Origin: Methanobacteriota archaeon
GTDB lineage: Archaea; JAADCQ01; Methanopyri; Methanopyrales; Methanopyraceae
NCBI GenBank assembly: GCA_027064425.1
Contig: JAMOPO010000026.1
Span: 1-45,941, forward strand
DNA length: 45,941 nt
Reading direction: 5' to 3'
Each line of letters opens with the position of its first letter. Positions within the stretch are counted from its first letter, which is position 1. This document shows positions 16,109 through 26,894 of this stretch, one piece after another. The notes under the pieces were generated by a model that was not told the origin of the DNA, made no database searches, and was given only the letters and a program-made list of their open reading frames with translations. The translations under genes were made by a program, and so were the position numbers.

Positions 16109-17229
16109 AGTCCGAACCGCTCTTCCTGCCAGTCCTGATCATCGAAGTACTCGGAGAGGACCTCCGCGGCGACGCTGGTGGAGACGCCGGTCCGGGCGGC
16201 CAGGTGCACGGTGGAGATGTTCTCCCCGTGGACGGCGAGCACGATCGGCAGCTCTCGCTCCGCCCGCTCGGCGTCGGAGGCGGCGTCCACGAGCAGGCTG
16301 ATGTCCACCTCGTCCTTCCACTTCATCTTCCGGTTCACGACGCTCCTCTTCGCCAGCTTCTCGGCCACGGAGCCACCGCGCGGGTGCTTGCTGAGGATGG
16401 CCCAGAACCCGCGCTTCAGGACGACCTCCGCCAGGACCTCCTCGTCGTCCAGCGCCCGCTCGCCCAGCTCCGTGGGCTCGCAGACCTCCGGGTCCGGGTG
16501 CACCAGGAGGTACCGGACCAGGGTCTTGTAGTACCGGAGGAACGTGCTCTCCGACACGCCCAGCTCGGACATGACGAGCTCCGGGTCGCGCAGCTCGTCC
16601 ACCAGCTCCAGCGTCTCCATCAGCGAGGGCGGTGACAGCGGGTTGGTCACGTAGGGCTCCAGCGAGAGCCTGACCCGCCACTGGTGCGAGGGTAGAAGCC
16701 GCGCGTAGGCGAACCCGTGCACCGAGGACTCCACGAACTCGGCGTAGTCCCGCGGGGCGGAGTTGATCGTGTAACCGATCGTCCTGCCGAGCACGCTGTT
16801 CGAGATCGAGCCCTCAGAGGCTCGGATGAAGGACATGTCCGGGCCCGGCTGTCGGCGGACCTCGCCCTCCCCCACCAGGAGCTCGTCCAGCCGCTTCAGC
16901 GCCCCCTCCAGCGTCCCCGAGTCGTTGACCGCGGACTCGACCGGCTCCAGCGTGTGCTCGCCGATCACCTCCCGAAACAGGCTCGCCTCCCGCAGGGCCG
17001 CGACCGTGAGCATGGCCCCCTCCCGCGGGTTCTTCAACCCCGCCAGGATGTCCCTGGCCTTGGAGTACTCACTGTGGACCAGGAGGGCCGCCGCCGTCGA
17101 GATGATGTACTCGTACTCGTTGGTGATCTCCGCCTCCCGGATGATCCTCGCCAGCCGCTGGTAGAGGGTCTTCACTTTTCGCAGCTCTGACCTCATCTCC
17201 ATCAGCGTGGCTATCGCGTCATGGTCCAA
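16105..17229 (-). CDS. hypothetical protein with two possible winged-HTH segments
   Basis: Translationally coupled between mmp10 and hypF. Segments VMSELGVSESTFLRYYKTL and TVHLAARTGVSTSVAAEVL resemble HTH motifs. Confidence 0.65.
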   Translation of the reverse strand: MDHDAIATLMEMRSELRKVKTLYQRLARIIREAEITNEYEYIISTAAALLVHSEYSKARDILAGLKNPREGAMLTVAALREASLFREVIGEHTLEPVESAVNDSGTLEGALKRLDELLVGEGEVRRQPGPDMSFIRASEGSISNSVLGRTIGYTINSAPRDYAEFVESSVHGFAYARLLPSHQWRVRLSLEPYVTNPLSPPSLMETLELVDELRDPELVMSELGVSESTFLRYYKTLVRYLLVHPDPEVCEPTELGERALDDEEVLAEVVLKRGFWAILSKHPRGGSVAEKLAKRSVVNRKMKWKDEVDISLLVDAASDAERAERELPIVLAVHGENISTVHLAARTGVSTSVAAEVLSEYFDDQDWQEERFGL

Positions 17230-17231
17230 CG

Positions 17232-18479
17232 CTATTCCCCCAGCAGGTTGACCGTTTTGATCAGCTCCTCGAACGCGTTCAGCTCGAACTCGATGACCTC
17301 CTCCCGGGTCACTTCACAACTCGCCTCACCATCCAGCGTGAGCCTGTCCGGCCCCCGCAGCACGACCCTTTCGAAACCATCGCGTTTTAACAGTTCCTCC
17401 GCCGTGGAATCATGGACCAGCGCCCGTCCAGGAAGCACCACCGTCCGCTCCAGGGATCGAACGTCCAGCCTCCTCAAATCCTCCTCGGTGATCAGGCACG
17501 CGATGTCCTTCTCCACCGCCACCACGTCCACCCGGTCCCCGCCCCGCACGTGCCGGAACACCTCCTCCAGCATCGGCGCCGCCACCCGGCCCGTGATCAG
17601 CGAGCACCGCACCTCCACCTCCGGCAGCAGCTCACCCAGCTCCTCCCCCAGACTCCGCAGCGCGAACGGCGCCCCCGTCTCCGGGTCCCAGACCGGCGTG
17701 CCCGTCACCCGGAACGAGAACTCCTCGTGCACCTCCGAGACGATCCGCCGGAACTCCTCCAGCCCGTGCGGCTCCACGTCCAGGACCGGGTCATTGCCCA
17801 GGATGATCCCGTGCTCCCGCCGCGTCCCCAGCCGCATCAGCAGGAGCGCGTCGATCCCCAGCTCCTCCAACCACTCGCACGTCTCCCACAGGACGTCCCC
17901 GTCGTTGACCCCCGGGATCAGGACGGCCGCCACCATCACCTCCCGGCACTCGTCCGCGAACACCTCCAGCGCCTGCAGCGAGGCCTCCGGGGACCGATCA
18001 CCCATCCACTCGCGCCGCAGCTCCGGGTCCGCGGCGAAGAGCGTAAACGAGACCGACTCCACGCCCAGCCGGCACAGCTCCTCCACCTCCTCCGGGTCCT
18101 CGAACCCCTTCCCGCTCGTGTACCCGAGCTTGAACCTCCGCAGCCCCAGCGCGTCCCGGATCATGCCCAGCAGCTCGGACAACCACGGGTAGTTGCTCAC
18201 GTCCCCACCACCGCTCACCTCGACCACTCCATCCTCCGGCGGCCCCTGCATGGAGACCGACATGTGCACGGCCTGGAGCACCGCCTGCGGCGGTCGGAAG
18301 GGACCGTGATCCTCCCACACGCTGTCCCTACAGTACTCGCACCCCACCGAGCCCGGCGGGCAGTTCTTGCAGCCGAACGCCCGCTTACGCTCCCAGTCAA
18401 CGCCCCTGAAGTAACAGTACCGGCAGAACCCGCCGCAGTCGACGCCCGGACGACCGCCCACGTCCGCCAGGACGGGCAC
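17232..18479 (-). CDS. mmp10: methanogenesis marker 10, radical SAM McrA arginine methyltransferase
   Basis: DVGGRPGVDCGGFCRYCYF (CxxxCxxC), extra CxxC pairs and a DUF512-like C-terminus; divergent from mcrB as in other methanogens. Confidence 0.93.
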   Translation of the reverse strand: MPVLADVGGRPGVDCGGFCRYCYFRGVDWERKRAFGCKNCPPGSVGCEYCRDSVWEDHGPFRPPQAVLQAVHMSVSMQGPPEDGVVEVSGGGDVSNYPWLSELLGMIRDALGLRRFKLGYTSGKGFEDPEEVEELCRLGVESVSFTLFAADPELRREWMGDRSPEASLQALEVFADECREVMVAAVLIPGVNDGDVLWETCEWLEELGIDALLLMRLGTRREHGIILGNDPVLDVEPHGLEEFRRIVSEVHEEFSFRVTGTPVWDPETGAPFALRSLGEELGELLPEVEVRCSLITGRVAAPMLEEVFRHVRGGDRVDVVAVEKDIACLITEEDLRRLDVRSLERTVVLPGRALVHDSTAEELLKRDGFERVVLRGPDRLTLDGEASCEVTREEVIEFELNAFEELIKTVNLLGE

Positions 18480-18586
18480 CTGACCACCCCGGGCCCGGTG
18501 AGTTCTCCGCCCACGCTCATGAGCACCGGGCCGGCTCGACCCGAGCTCCTCCTACAAGGTAACACCGGAACCCGGTCGGTAAATAT

Positions 18587-18600
18587 GGAAACCCTTTAAA
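18587..18600 (+). promoter_or_regulatory. BRE/TATA promoter of mcrB (GGAAACCCTTTAAA)
   Basis: Archaeal promoter consensus 36 bp upstream of the mcrB ATG. Confidence 0.7.
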
Positions 18601-18636
18601 CGCGGCCGGCACGCCAGACGCCGGGGGCCCGCCCCC

Positions 18637-19971
18637 ATGGCTCGCAAGTTCGAGGACACGGTCGACCTGTACGACGACCGGGGCAACTGCGTGGCCGAGG
18701 ACGTGCCCATTGAGGCGCTCTCGCCGATGAGGAACGAGGCCATTCAGAGCATCGTGAACGACATCAAGCGCACCGTGGCGGTCGACCTGGAGGGTATTGA
18801 GAACGCGCTCCAGAACGCCGCCGTCGGCGGCAAGGGCATGAAGATTCCGGGCCGCGAGCTGGACGTCGACGTGGTGGACAACGCCGAGGCGATCGCGGAC
18901 AAGGTGGAGGAGATGATCCGCGTTCACGAGGACGACAACACGAACGTCGAGCCGCTGTACGACGGCAAGCGACTCCTGGTCCAGCTGCCGGACGAGCGCG
19001 TGAAGGCCATGGCGGACCCGTACTCCGGCACCATGCAGGCCGGCATGGCCGTCGTGTACGCGATCATCGACGTGTGCGAGGTGGACATGTGGGACGCGAA
19101 CATGGTCAAGGCGGCCGTCTTCGGCCGGTACCCGCAGACGATCGACTACCACGGCGGCAACATCATGTCCATGCTGGACGTCCCGATGAAGCAGGAGGGT
19201 GTGGGCTACGCGCTGCGCAACGTCATGGTGAACCACATCGTGGCCGCCACGCGGAAGAACGCGATGCAGGCCGTGTGCCTGGCCGCGACGCTGGAGCAGA
19301 CCGCCATGTTCGAGATGGGTGACGCGCTGGGCCCGTTCGAGCGGCTGCACCTGCTGGGCTACGCGTACCAGGGCCTGAACGCGGACAACATGGTCTACGA
19401 GATCGTGAAGAAGCACGGTAAGGACGGCACCGTGGGTACCGTCGTCCGCGAGGTCGTGGAGCGCGCGCTCGAGGACGGCGTGATCGAGGTCAAGGAGGAG
19501 CTGGACTCCGGTTTCAAGGTGTACAAGGCCAACGACATGGACCTCTGGAACGCGTACGCCGCGGCCGGCCTCGTCGCCGCGGTCATGGTCAACCAGGGCG
19601 CGGCCCGGGCCGCGCAGGGTGTCAGCGCGACCATCCTGTACTACAACGACCTGCTCGAGTACGAGACCGGGCTCCCGGGCGTCGACTTCGGTCGAGCCCA
19701 GGGTACCGCCGTCGGATTCAGCTTCTTCAGCCACTCGATCTACGGCGGCGGTGGCCCGGGTATCTTCAACGGTAACCACATCGTGACGCGGCACTCGAAG
19801 GGCTTCGCGATCCCGCCAGTGGCCGCGGCGATGGCCCTGGACGCCGGAACGCAGATGTTCAGCCCGGAGGTCACCAGCAAGCTGATCGGCGACGTGTTCG
19901 GCGAGATCGACGAGTTCCGCGAGCCCATGAGGTACATCATGGAGGCGGCGGCCGAGGAGGCCAAGCGCTAG
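18637..19971 (+). CDS. mcrB: methyl-coenzyme M reductase beta subunit
   Basis: [50 protein letters not shown]. Confidence 0.99.
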   Translation: MARKFEDTVDLYDDRGNCVAEDVPIEALSPMRNEAIQSIVNDIKRTVAVDLEGIENALQNAAVGGKGMKIPGRELDVDVVDNAEAIADKVEEMIRVHEDDNTNVEPLYDGKRLLVQLPDERVKAMADPYSGTMQAGMAVVYAIIDVCEVDMWDANMVKAAVFGRYPQTIDYHGGNIMSMLDVPMKQEGVGYALRNVMVNHIVAATRKNAMQAVCLAATLEQTAMFEMGDALGPFERLHLLGYAYQGLNADNMVYEIVKKHGKDGTVGTVVREVVERALEDGVIEVKEELDSGFKVYKANDMDLWNAYAAAGLVAAVMVNQGAARAAQGVSATILYYNDLLEYETGLPGVDFGRAQGTAVGFSFFSHSIYGGGGPGIFNGNHIVTRHSKGFAIPPVAAAMALDAGTQMFSPEVTSKLIGDVFGEIDEFREPMRYIMEAAAEEAKR

Positions 19972-20001
19972 CCTCGAACCCCTCCCCTCCCACGCCCGCG
20001 C

Positions 20002-20028
20002 AAATCGTTACGAAACTCGTAACGGAAG
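20002..20028. repeat. 27-bp palindromic motif, copy 4 (AAATCGTTACG-AAACT-CGTAACGGAAG)
   Basis: In the mcrB-mcrD spacer. Confidence 0.8.
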
Positions 20029-20045
20029 CCCGGGGGACGGTCCCC

Positions 20046-20600
20046 GTGGCCGAGCGCGAGCGCCCCCGCATGCTCGAGCGCAAGGTGCCCGAGGACGCCA
20101 ACCCCGAGGTCCAGATCTTCCCCGAGCGCCTGCTCAGCGCCGACACCGTGGAGAAGCTGCTCAACGAGCTCGTCGACCGCGTCGAGGGCATCGGCCGCAT
20201 CGTCCTCCACGGACCCGGCCTGCCCAAGGTGGTCCCCTTCGGCCCCGCCCGGGGTAAGCCCGTCAAGCACCCGGAGCGGAAGCCCATCGAGGTCAAGGGC
20301 GAGAAGATCCCCATGAAGATCCAGGCGGGTCAGGTCATCGTCGAGATCGAGGACGAGGAGCGCCTCGACGAGATCGTCGAGGAGATCGAGGAGGTCTGCC
20401 GCGAGGTCCTACCCTGCGACTTCCAGGTGCAGGTGGGACGCTTCACCAAGCACAAGCCCACGGTGACGGACTACCTCAAGTTCGGGGAGAAGGGCGTCGA
20501 GGAGCTCGACGACCGGCTCCTGGGCCTCGTCGAGCCGCGCGCCCGGCTCGCGGACCGGGTGGCCGTCCTGAAGAAGAAGGAGGAAGAAGAGGATGAGTGA
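20046..20600 (+). CDS. mcrD: methyl-coenzyme M reductase operon protein D
   Basis: [34 protein letters not shown]; position in the cluster. Confidence 0.97.
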   Translation: MAERERPRMLERKVPEDANPEVQIFPERLLSADTVEKLLNELVDRVEGIGRIVLHGPGLPKVVPFGPARGKPVKHPERKPIEVKGEKIPMKIQAGQVIVEIEDEERLDEIVEEIEEVCREVLPCDFQVQVGRFTKHKPTVTDYLKFGEKGVEELDDRLLGLVEPRARLADRVAVLKKKEEEEDE

Positions 20601-21219
20601 GGGGGTCGTTACCACGCGCGTCGGCCGGGAGACCTACGTGGTCGCCTGCCGCGAGGCCATGGGGATGGGCAAGGGCGGCAGCCTCGCCCAGCGCGGCACC
20701 ATCGCCGAGGCGGAGCGCAACGAGGTCATCGCCGTCGCCATGTCCCCGGGCGCCCGGCACATCACCAAGCCGGTGTGCGAGATCACCTACGCGCTCCGGG
20801 AGGCCGGGATCCACACCAGCGTCATCGTCCTCAACGCGGGCGCCGGCGTGCCCGCCGAGGCCCCCGTCCAGACGGGCTCCACGATGGGCATCGAGCCGGA
20901 GGAGGCCGAGTACATCAACCGCCACGAGGTCGCCGTCATCCACCTGGGCAACGTCAAGCAGCACATCGTCTGGAAGGCCCGGCTGATCCTCAAGCACTGC
21001 GACGTCCGGGCCGTGATCGTCTGCCAGACGCCCGTCGACTTCGAGGACTTCGCCAAGGTCGGCTGCCGCACCCGGCTGGTCCACCCGCCCGAGCCCGAGA
21101 CCAAGGGGATCGTGGACGAGATCGTCACCGGCGTCATCCGCGGCGAGACCGTCCCGGCCGACAAGATCGAGGAGATCGTCGGCAAGGTCCGACGCGCCCT
21201 CCACCGCGCCCGGTCGTGA
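20593..21219 (+). CDS. mcrC: methyl-coenzyme M reductase operon protein C
   Basis: [34 protein letters not shown]. Confidence 0.97.
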   Translation: MSEGVVTTRVGRETYVVACREAMGMGKGGSLAQRGTIAEAERNEVIAVAMSPGARHITKPVCEITYALREAGIHTSVIVLNAGAGVPAEAPVQTGSTMGIEPEEAEYINRHEVAVIHLGNVKQHIVWKARLILKHCDVRAVIVCQTPVDFEDFAKVGCRTRLVHPPEPETKGIVDEIVTGVIRGETVPADKIEEIVGKVRRALHRARS

Positions 21220-21289
21220 TTACCCTCCCGACGCACCCGCACACTAACTCTCACCGTCAACCGGCGATCATAACCCCGCCCCCACTGTC

Positions 21290-21304
21290 GAAACCCCTTT
21301 AAAA
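21290..21304 (+). promoter_or_regulatory. internal BRE/TATA promoter before mcrG (GAAACCCCTTTAAAA)
   Basis: Nearly identical to the mcrB promoter. Confidence 0.6.
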
Positions 21305-21335
21305 TTAGGCGGGCCCCCGCCTCAGGGGGTCCCGA

Positions 21336-22133
21336 ATGGCCGAAAACGTCCGCGAGGAGATGGCTGAGAAGGCCCAGTTCTACCCGGGCGAGACCAAGAT
21401 CGCCGAGAACAGGCGCAAGTACATGGACCCGACCTACGAGCTGAAGCGCCTGCGCGAGATCCCGGACGAGGACATCGTCCGGCTGCTCGGTCACCGCGAG
21501 CCGGGTGAGGAGTACCCGAGCGTGCACCCACCGCTGGAGGAGATGGAGGAGCCGGAGTGCCCGATCCGCGAGCTCGTCGAGCCGACCGAGGGTGCCAAGG
21601 CGGGTGACCGGATCCGGTACATCCAGTTCACGGACTCCGTCTACTTCGCGCCGATCCACCCGTACATCCGCGCCCGCATGTACATGTGGCGCTACCGCGG
21701 CGTGGACACGGGCACCCTGTCCGGACGACAGATCATCGAGGTGCGCGAGCGGGACCTGGAGAAGATCTCCAAGGAGCTGCTCGAGACCGAGATCTTCGAC
21801 CCGGCCCGGACCGGCGTCCGCGGCGCGACCGTGCACGGTCACTCCCTACGACTCGACGAGAACGGCCTGATGTTCGACGCCCTGCGCCGGTACCGGCTGA
21901 ACGAGGAGACGGGTGAGGTCGAGTACGTCAAGGACCAGGTGGGCGTCGAGCTGGACGAGCCCATCTCCATGGGCAAGCCCGCGGACGAGGACGAGCTGAA
22001 GGAGCGGACGACCATCTACCGGATCGACGGCGTCCCGTTCCGCGAGGACGAGGAGCTCCTGCAGGTCATCCAGCGGATCCACGAGCTCCGGACCCTGGCC
22101 GGCTACCGGCCGGACAAGGCGGAGGGTAAGTAG
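21336..22133 (+). CDS. mcrG: methyl-coenzyme M reductase gamma subunit
   Basis: [41 protein letters not shown]. Confidence 0.99.
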   Translation: MAENVREEMAEKAQFYPGETKIAENRRKYMDPTYELKRLREIPDEDIVRLLGHREPGEEYPSVHPPLEEMEEPECPIRELVEPTEGAKAGDRIRYIQFTDSVYFAPIHPYIRARMYMWRYRGVDTGTLSGRQIIEVRERDLEKISKELLETEIFDPARTGVRGATVHGHSLRLDENGLMFDALRRYRLNEETGEVEYVKDQVGVELDEPISMGKPADEDELKERTTIYRIDGVPFREDEELLQVIQRIHELRTLAGYRPDKAEGK

Positions 22134-22170
22134 TCCCACCTCCTCACACTCTCACCCTCGCCCGGTATTT

Positions 22171-22183
22171 GGAAACACTTAAG
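22171..22183 (+). promoter_or_regulatory. possible internal promoter before mcrA (GGAAACACTTAAG)
   Basis: BRE-like GGAAAC plus TTAAG, 38 bp upstream of the ATG. Confidence 0.5.
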
Positions 22184-22221
22184 AATCCAAACCTCCACCC
22201 CCCGGATGGGGTGGGGCCGTC

Positions 22222-23889
22222 ATGGCCTCCCGCAAGAAGGAAGAGAAGCTCTTCATGAAGGCCCTGAAGGAGAAGTTCGAGGAGGACCCGGAGGACGTCA
22301 CGACTCACTTCTACGACTACGGTGGCTGGAAGCAGTCCGAGCGTAAGAAGGAGTTCAAGGAGTACGCGGACAAGATCGCCGAGGAGCGAGGCATCCCGCA
22401 CTACAACCCGGACATCGGCGTCCCGCTCGGCCAGCGGAAGCTGATGTCCTACCAGGTGTCCGGTACGGACGTGTTCGTGGAGGGTGACGACCTGCACTTC
22501 GTGAACAACGCCGCGATGCAGCAGATGTGGGACGACATCCGGCGGACGGTCATCGTCGGACTGGACACGGCCCACCGCGTGCTGGAGCGCCGACTGGGTA
22601 AGGAGGTCACGCCCGAGACGATCAACGAGTACATGGAGACCCTGAACCACGCCCTGCCGGGCGGTGCGGTCGTCCAGGAGCACATGGTGGAGATCCACCC
22701 GGGCCTGACCGCCGACTGCTACGCGAAGATCATCACCGGTGACCTGGAGCTGGCCGACGAGATCGACGACAAGTTCCTGATCGACATCGAGAAGCTGTTC
22801 CCGGAGGAGCAGGCCGAGCAGCTGATCAAGGCCATCGGAGACCGAGTGTACCACGTGCTGCGGATGCCGACGATCGTCGGCCACATCTGTGACGGTGCCA
22901 CGATGTACCGCTGGGCCGCGATGCAGATCGCGATGTCCTTCATCTGCGCGTACAAGATCGCGGCCGGAGAGGCGGCCGTCTCCGACTTCGCGTACGCGAG
23001 CAAGCACGCCGAGGTCATCAACATGGGCGAGATGCTACCCGCCCGGCGGGCCCGAGGTGAGAACGAGCCCGGAGGCGTCCCGTTCGGCATTCTGGCGGAC
23101 TGCGTCCAGACGATGCGGAAGTACCCGGACGACCCGGCCAAGGTCGCGCTGGAGGTCATCGCCGCCGGAGCGATGCTGTACGACCAGATCTGGCTAGGAT
23201 CCTACATGTCCGGCGGCGTCGGCTTCACGCAGTACGCGACCGCCGTGTACACGGACAACATCCTGGACGACTACGTGTACTACGGCCTCGAGTACGTCGA
23301 GGACAAGTACGGCCTGGCCGAGGCCGACCCGAGCATGGACGTGGTGAAGGACGTGGCCACCGAGGTGACGCTGTACGGCCTCGAGCAGTACGAGCGGTAC
23401 CCGGCCGCGATGGAGACGCACTTCGGCGGCTCGCAGCGAGCGGCCGTGGTCGCGGCCGCGGCCGGCTGCAGCGTGGCGTTCGCGACCGGCCACTCGCAGG
23501 CCGGAGTGAACGGCTGGTACCTGTCGCAGATCCTGCACAAGGAGGGTCACGGTCGACTGGGCTTCTACGGCTACGACCTGCAGGACCAGTGCGGTGCGGC
23601 CAACTCGCTGAGCGTGCGGAGCGACGAGGGTCTACCGCTGGAGCTGCGAGGTCCGAACTACCCGAACTACGCGATGAACGTGGGTCACCTGGGCGAGTAC
23701 GCCGGTATCGTCCAGGCCGCGCACGCGGCGCGCGGCGATGCGTTCTGCGCCAACCCGCTGGTGAAGGTGGCGTTCGCGGACCCGGACCTGGTCTTCGACT
23801 TCACGGAGCCGCGGAAGGAGTTCGCCAAGGGCGCGCTGCGAGAGTTCGAGCCGGCGGGCGAGCGGGACATCATCATCCCGGCGGAGTAG
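22222..23889 (+). CDS. mcrA: methyl-coenzyme M reductase alpha subunit
   Basis: [56 protein letters not shown]. Confidence 0.99.
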   Translation: MASRKKEEKLFMKALKEKFEEDPEDVTTHFYDYGGWKQSERKKEFKEYADKIAEERGIPHYNPDIGVPLGQRKLMSYQVSGTDVFVEGDDLHFVNNAAMQQMWDDIRRTVIVGLDTAHRVLERRLGKEVTPETINEYMETLNHALPGGAVVQEHMVEIHPGLTADCYAKIITGDLELADEIDDKFLIDIEKLFPEEQAEQLIKAIGDRVYHVLRMPTIVGHICDGATMYRWAAMQIAMSFICAYKIAAGEAAVSDFAYASKHAEVINMGEMLPARRARGENEPGGVPFGILADCVQTMRKYPDDPAKVALEVIAAGAMLYDQIWLGSYMSGGVGFTQYATAVYTDNILDDYVYYGLEYVEDKYGLAEADPSMDVVKDVATEVTLYGLEQYERYPAAMETHFGGSQRAAVVAAAAGCSVAFATGHSQAGVNGWYLSQILHKEGHGRLGFYGYDLQDQCGAANSLSVRSDEGLPLELRGPNYPNYAMNVGHLGEYAGIVQAAHAARGDAFCANPLVKVAFADPDLVFDFTEPRKEFAKGALREFEPAGERDIIIPAE

Positions 23890-23942
23890 ACTCGCCCCTC
23901 ACGCCCTCCCCACTTTCACAACATTTTTAAGGCGAGCACCTG

Positions 23943-23969
23943 GGATCGTTTCGGGAGGCGTAACGTAAT
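23943..23969. repeat. 27-bp palindromic motif, copy 5 (GGATCGTTTCG-GGAGG-CGTAACGTAAT)
   Basis: In the mcrA-mtrE spacer, about 12 bp downstream of TATA-like ATTTTTAA (23923-23930). Confidence 0.75.
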
Positions 23970-24011
23970 GTCGGTTGTGTTCTGCTCAACTGGAGTTTAG
24001 GGGGTCCACCC

Positions 24012-24908
24012 TTGGTCAGCTTCACGGAGATCGGCCTGGCCGCGGCGATGGGCGCGCTGGCGACCATCGCGGGCGCGTTCGAGGACGCCGAGTCCGACGT
24101 GGGCTCCCAGTCCAACCCGAACTCGCAGGTCCAGCTGGCGCCCCAGATGATGAACTTCCACCGGTACTTCAACAAGGCGATCTCCGGCGAGCCGGTCTCC
24201 TACATGATGTACGGCGCGGTGGCGGGCACGGTGACCTGGGTCATGATGACGAAGTTCGGCCTCCCCTTCCTGGCCGCGGCCGCGATCGGCGTGGGTGTGA
24301 ACGCGCTCGTCCACATGGTGTTCGCGACGACCGCCCACCTGGGTCGAATCGCCAGCGCGGCGGAGTTCGGTCACCCGCTCTACCTGGACGTGGTCCTGTC
24401 CCACCTGGGCCCGATCGCGGGCTTCGGTGGGATCGCGGTCTTCGCGATCGTGGCCCTGGCGTACCTGCAGTGGTCCGCCCTTAAGCACCCGTTCCCGATG
24501 CCGCTCCTGGCCGCGCTCTGGGGCGTGACGGTCGGCGCGATCGGATCCTCGACGGGAGACGTGCACTACGGCGCGGAGCGACTGTACCAGCACTACCCGT
24601 TCGGCGGCGGTGTCCCGGTGGCCGCGCACGGTAACATCACCCGGAAGGCGGAGACGGGCGTCCGGAACTCCATGGACAGCGTGTACTTCTGCGCGAAGTA
24701 CGGCTGCCCGCTCACGGGACTGTGCTTCGGGCTGGTCGTGTTCTTCAGCACGTGGGCGGGCCTGTTCGGCCAGTGGGGCGCGGTGATCGCGATGCTCCTG
24801 GTCACGCTGGCCTGCCTGATCGTGAGCAACCGGATCGAGAAGCGGGCGCGGGAGAACTACGGCACGTACGAGGACGTGGAGCTGGACGAGATCTGCGACG
24901 CGGTGTAA
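24012..24908 (+). CDS. mtrE: tetrahydromethanopterin S-methyltransferase subunit E
   Basis: [36 protein letters not shown]. Confidence 0.98.
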   Translation: MVSFTEIGLAAAMGALATIAGAFEDAESDVGSQSNPNSQVQLAPQMMNFHRYFNKAISGEPVSYMMYGAVAGTVTWVMMTKFGLPFLAAAAIGVGVNALVHMVFATTAHLGRIASAAEFGHPLYLDVVLSHLGPIAGFGGIAVFAIVALAYLQWSALKHPFPMPLLAALWGVTVGAIGSSTGDVHYGAERLYQHYPFGGGVPVAAHGNITRKAETGVRNSMDSVYFCAKYGCPLTGLCFGLVVFFSTWAGLFGQWGAVIAMLLVTLACLIVSNRIEKRARENYGTYEDVELDEICDAV

Positions 24909-24921
24909 GGGGGACCAGGGC

Positions 24922-25695
24922 TTGGGCGAGGCCGCCAAGCTGAACGCCCGCGGCCTGGGCACGGCCTTCGTCATGCTCGCGATCGCCTTCGCGATGACCG
25001 CGGTCAAGTGGACGGCGGTGAGCAAGCTGATCGCGACGCTGGCCCTCATCGTCTACGGCAGCCTCCTCGTGAACGTGGGCGTGCACTACGTGCCCGTGGG
25101 CGGCGCGCCGGCGGCCATGGCGACGGCGACGGGCGTGGGTACGGGTACGACCCAGCTCGCCGCGGGCTCCGGACTGACGGGACTCATCGCGGCCGCGGCC
25201 ATGAGCGACAAGCCCTTCCTGGTGATCCTGGCGAACGGCGCCGCCGGCGCGGCCCTGATGATCGCGATCACGATGCTCGTGGGTAACCTGATCTACGTGT
25301 ACGGCGTGGGCTGCCCGCCGTGCTCGGCGAAGGTGGACAAGGACCCGATCACGGGGTGGGACCAGGAGCCCTACGTGACGCCGGGCACGGAGGGTCACGG
25401 GATCCCGACGGTGAGCTTCGTGAGCGGGATCCTGGGCGGCCTGCTGGGCGGGACGGGCGGCGCGATGACGTACTACGCGCTGTACAAGATCCTCGGCATG
25501 AGCGCGCCGCTCGCGGGCATCCTGGCCATGGGCTTCTTCTACGCTAACGCCGTCCTGGCCTCGTACAACATCGGTGGAACGATCGAGGGTTACCACGACC
25601 CGAAGTTCAAGAAGGTGCCCAAGGCCGCGGCCTGCTCGCTCGCCTTCGGAATCGTGGCGGCGCTGGCGGCCTACTACCTATCCACGTGCGTCTAA
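24922..25695 (+). CDS. mtrD: tetrahydromethanopterin S-methyltransferase subunit D
   Basis: [39 protein letters not shown]. Confidence 0.97.
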   Translation: MGEAAKLNARGLGTAFVMLAIAFAMTAVKWTAVSKLIATLALIVYGSLLVNVGVHYVPVGGAPAAMATATGVGTGTTQLAAGSGLTGLIAAAAMSDKPFLVILANGAAGAALMIAITMLVGNLIYVYGVGCPPCSAKVDKDPITGWDQEPYVTPGTEGHGIPTVSFVSGILGGLLGGTGGAMTYYALYKILGMSAPLAGILAMGFFYANAVLASYNIGGTIEGYHDPKFKKVPKAAACSLAFGIVAALAAYYLSTCV

Positions 25696-25711
25696 GGGGG
25701 TGCGCCTCCCC

Positions 25712-26527
25712 TTGCTCGCCCGAACACTCCTCCTGGCGGCGGTGGCACCGGGAGGCGAGGAGGAAGAGGAGGAGGTGGAGGTCGCCGTCGCGATCCCGCC
25801 CTGGCAGATCGCGCTGGCGGGCATCGGCTCGGGGCTCGTGGGCGTCGCCCTGGCCTGGGTGCACCCGGTGATCCCGGCGCTGGCGGCGATCCCGGTGATC
25901 ATGTGGGGCGCGGACGCGGTGCGACGGGTGGCCGGGTACGGCCTGGGAACGGGCGTCCCGTCCATCGGGTTCATGGGACTCGGCGGCGGCTCGGTCGCCG
26001 CGATCCTGGCCGTGGGGCTGACCAACTGCGTGCCCGGCGTGGTCGCGGCGGCGATCGGAACGGTGATCGGCGCCGCCATCGGCGCGCTGCTGGGCGTCCT
26101 GGACCGGCGCGTGATCAAGATGAAGATCCCGGTGATGGAGCAGTGCAGCACGGAGATCGTGGCGGCCGGCACGCTGGCCCTGATCTGCCTGATGGCGGCC
26201 GTCGCCGGTGACTTCACGTGGCCCGCGGTGTACACCCGGGTGATCCAGACGGGCGTCATCGCCGTGCTGTGGGTCGCGTGCGCGCTGGCGCTGCTGCACC
26301 CGTACAACGCGTGCCTGGGTCCCAGCGAGACGCAGGAGCGGACGCTGGCCCTGGGGGCGGAGTGCGGGTCGATCTGCTCCATCATCACCGGGCTGGCCAC
26401 GCTGAACCCGGTCGTGCTGCTCGCGGGAGGCATCGCGTGGCTGATCTCCTTCTGGAAGTTCTGGGACCTGACGAAGCGGGACGCGGCGGACGTGGTCTGG
26501 ACGGGTATCGTGCCGAGGGGTGAGTAA
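25712..26527 (+). CDS. mtrC: tetrahydromethanopterin S-methyltransferase subunit C
   Basis: WGADAVRRVAGYGLGTGVPSIG, HPYNACLGPSE; TTG start after a GGGGGTG RBS. Confidence 0.96.
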   Translation: MLARTLLLAAVAPGGEEEEEEVEVAVAIPPWQIALAGIGSGLVGVALAWVHPVIPALAAIPVIMWGADAVRRVAGYGLGTGVPSIGFMGLGGGSVAAILAVGLTNCVPGVVAAAIGTVIGAAIGALLGVLDRRVIKMKIPVMEQCSTEIVAAGTLALICLMAAVAGDFTWPAVYTRVIQTGVIAVLWVACALALLHPYNACLGPSETQERTLALGAECGSICSIITGLATLNPVVLLAGGIAWLISFWKFWDLTKRDAADVVWTGIVPRGE

Positions 26528-26542
26528 GGGGGTAGCCCCCGC

Positions 26543-26881
26543 ATGGCGATCGTGATCGTGGACCAGGACGCCCAGATCGCGATGGACGCGGTGACCGGAG
26601 CGGTCGCGGAGTGGCGGGAGGACGTGGTCACGCTGGACGTGATGCCCCTGTACGAGGAGGTGGAGAGGCTCGAGGAGTACGTCAACGACATGATGCGCGC
26701 GATGGACCCGTCCACGACCACGTGGGGCACGCTGCCGGGTCGAGAGGGCGCGCACGGCACGGCCGGCTTCCTCACCAACTTCACCCACGGCTTCGTGATC
26801 GGGGCGATGCTGATCGCGCTCGTGGCGTTCACCCTGGCCGCGATGTACAAGCTGCACGCGTTCCGCATGCTGGGCATCTAG
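26543..26881 (+). CDS. mtrB: tetrahydromethanopterin S-methyltransferase subunit B
   Basis: PGREG..TAGFLTNFTHGF motif, single C-terminal TM helix, operon position. Confidence 0.95.
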   Translation: MAIVIVDQDAQIAMDAVTGAVAEWREDVVTLDVMPLYEEVERLEEYVNDMMRAMDPSTTTWGTLPGREGAHGTAGFLTNFTHGFVIGAMLIALVAFTLAAMYKLHAFRMLGI

Positions 26882-26894
26882 GGGGGTGCCGCTC

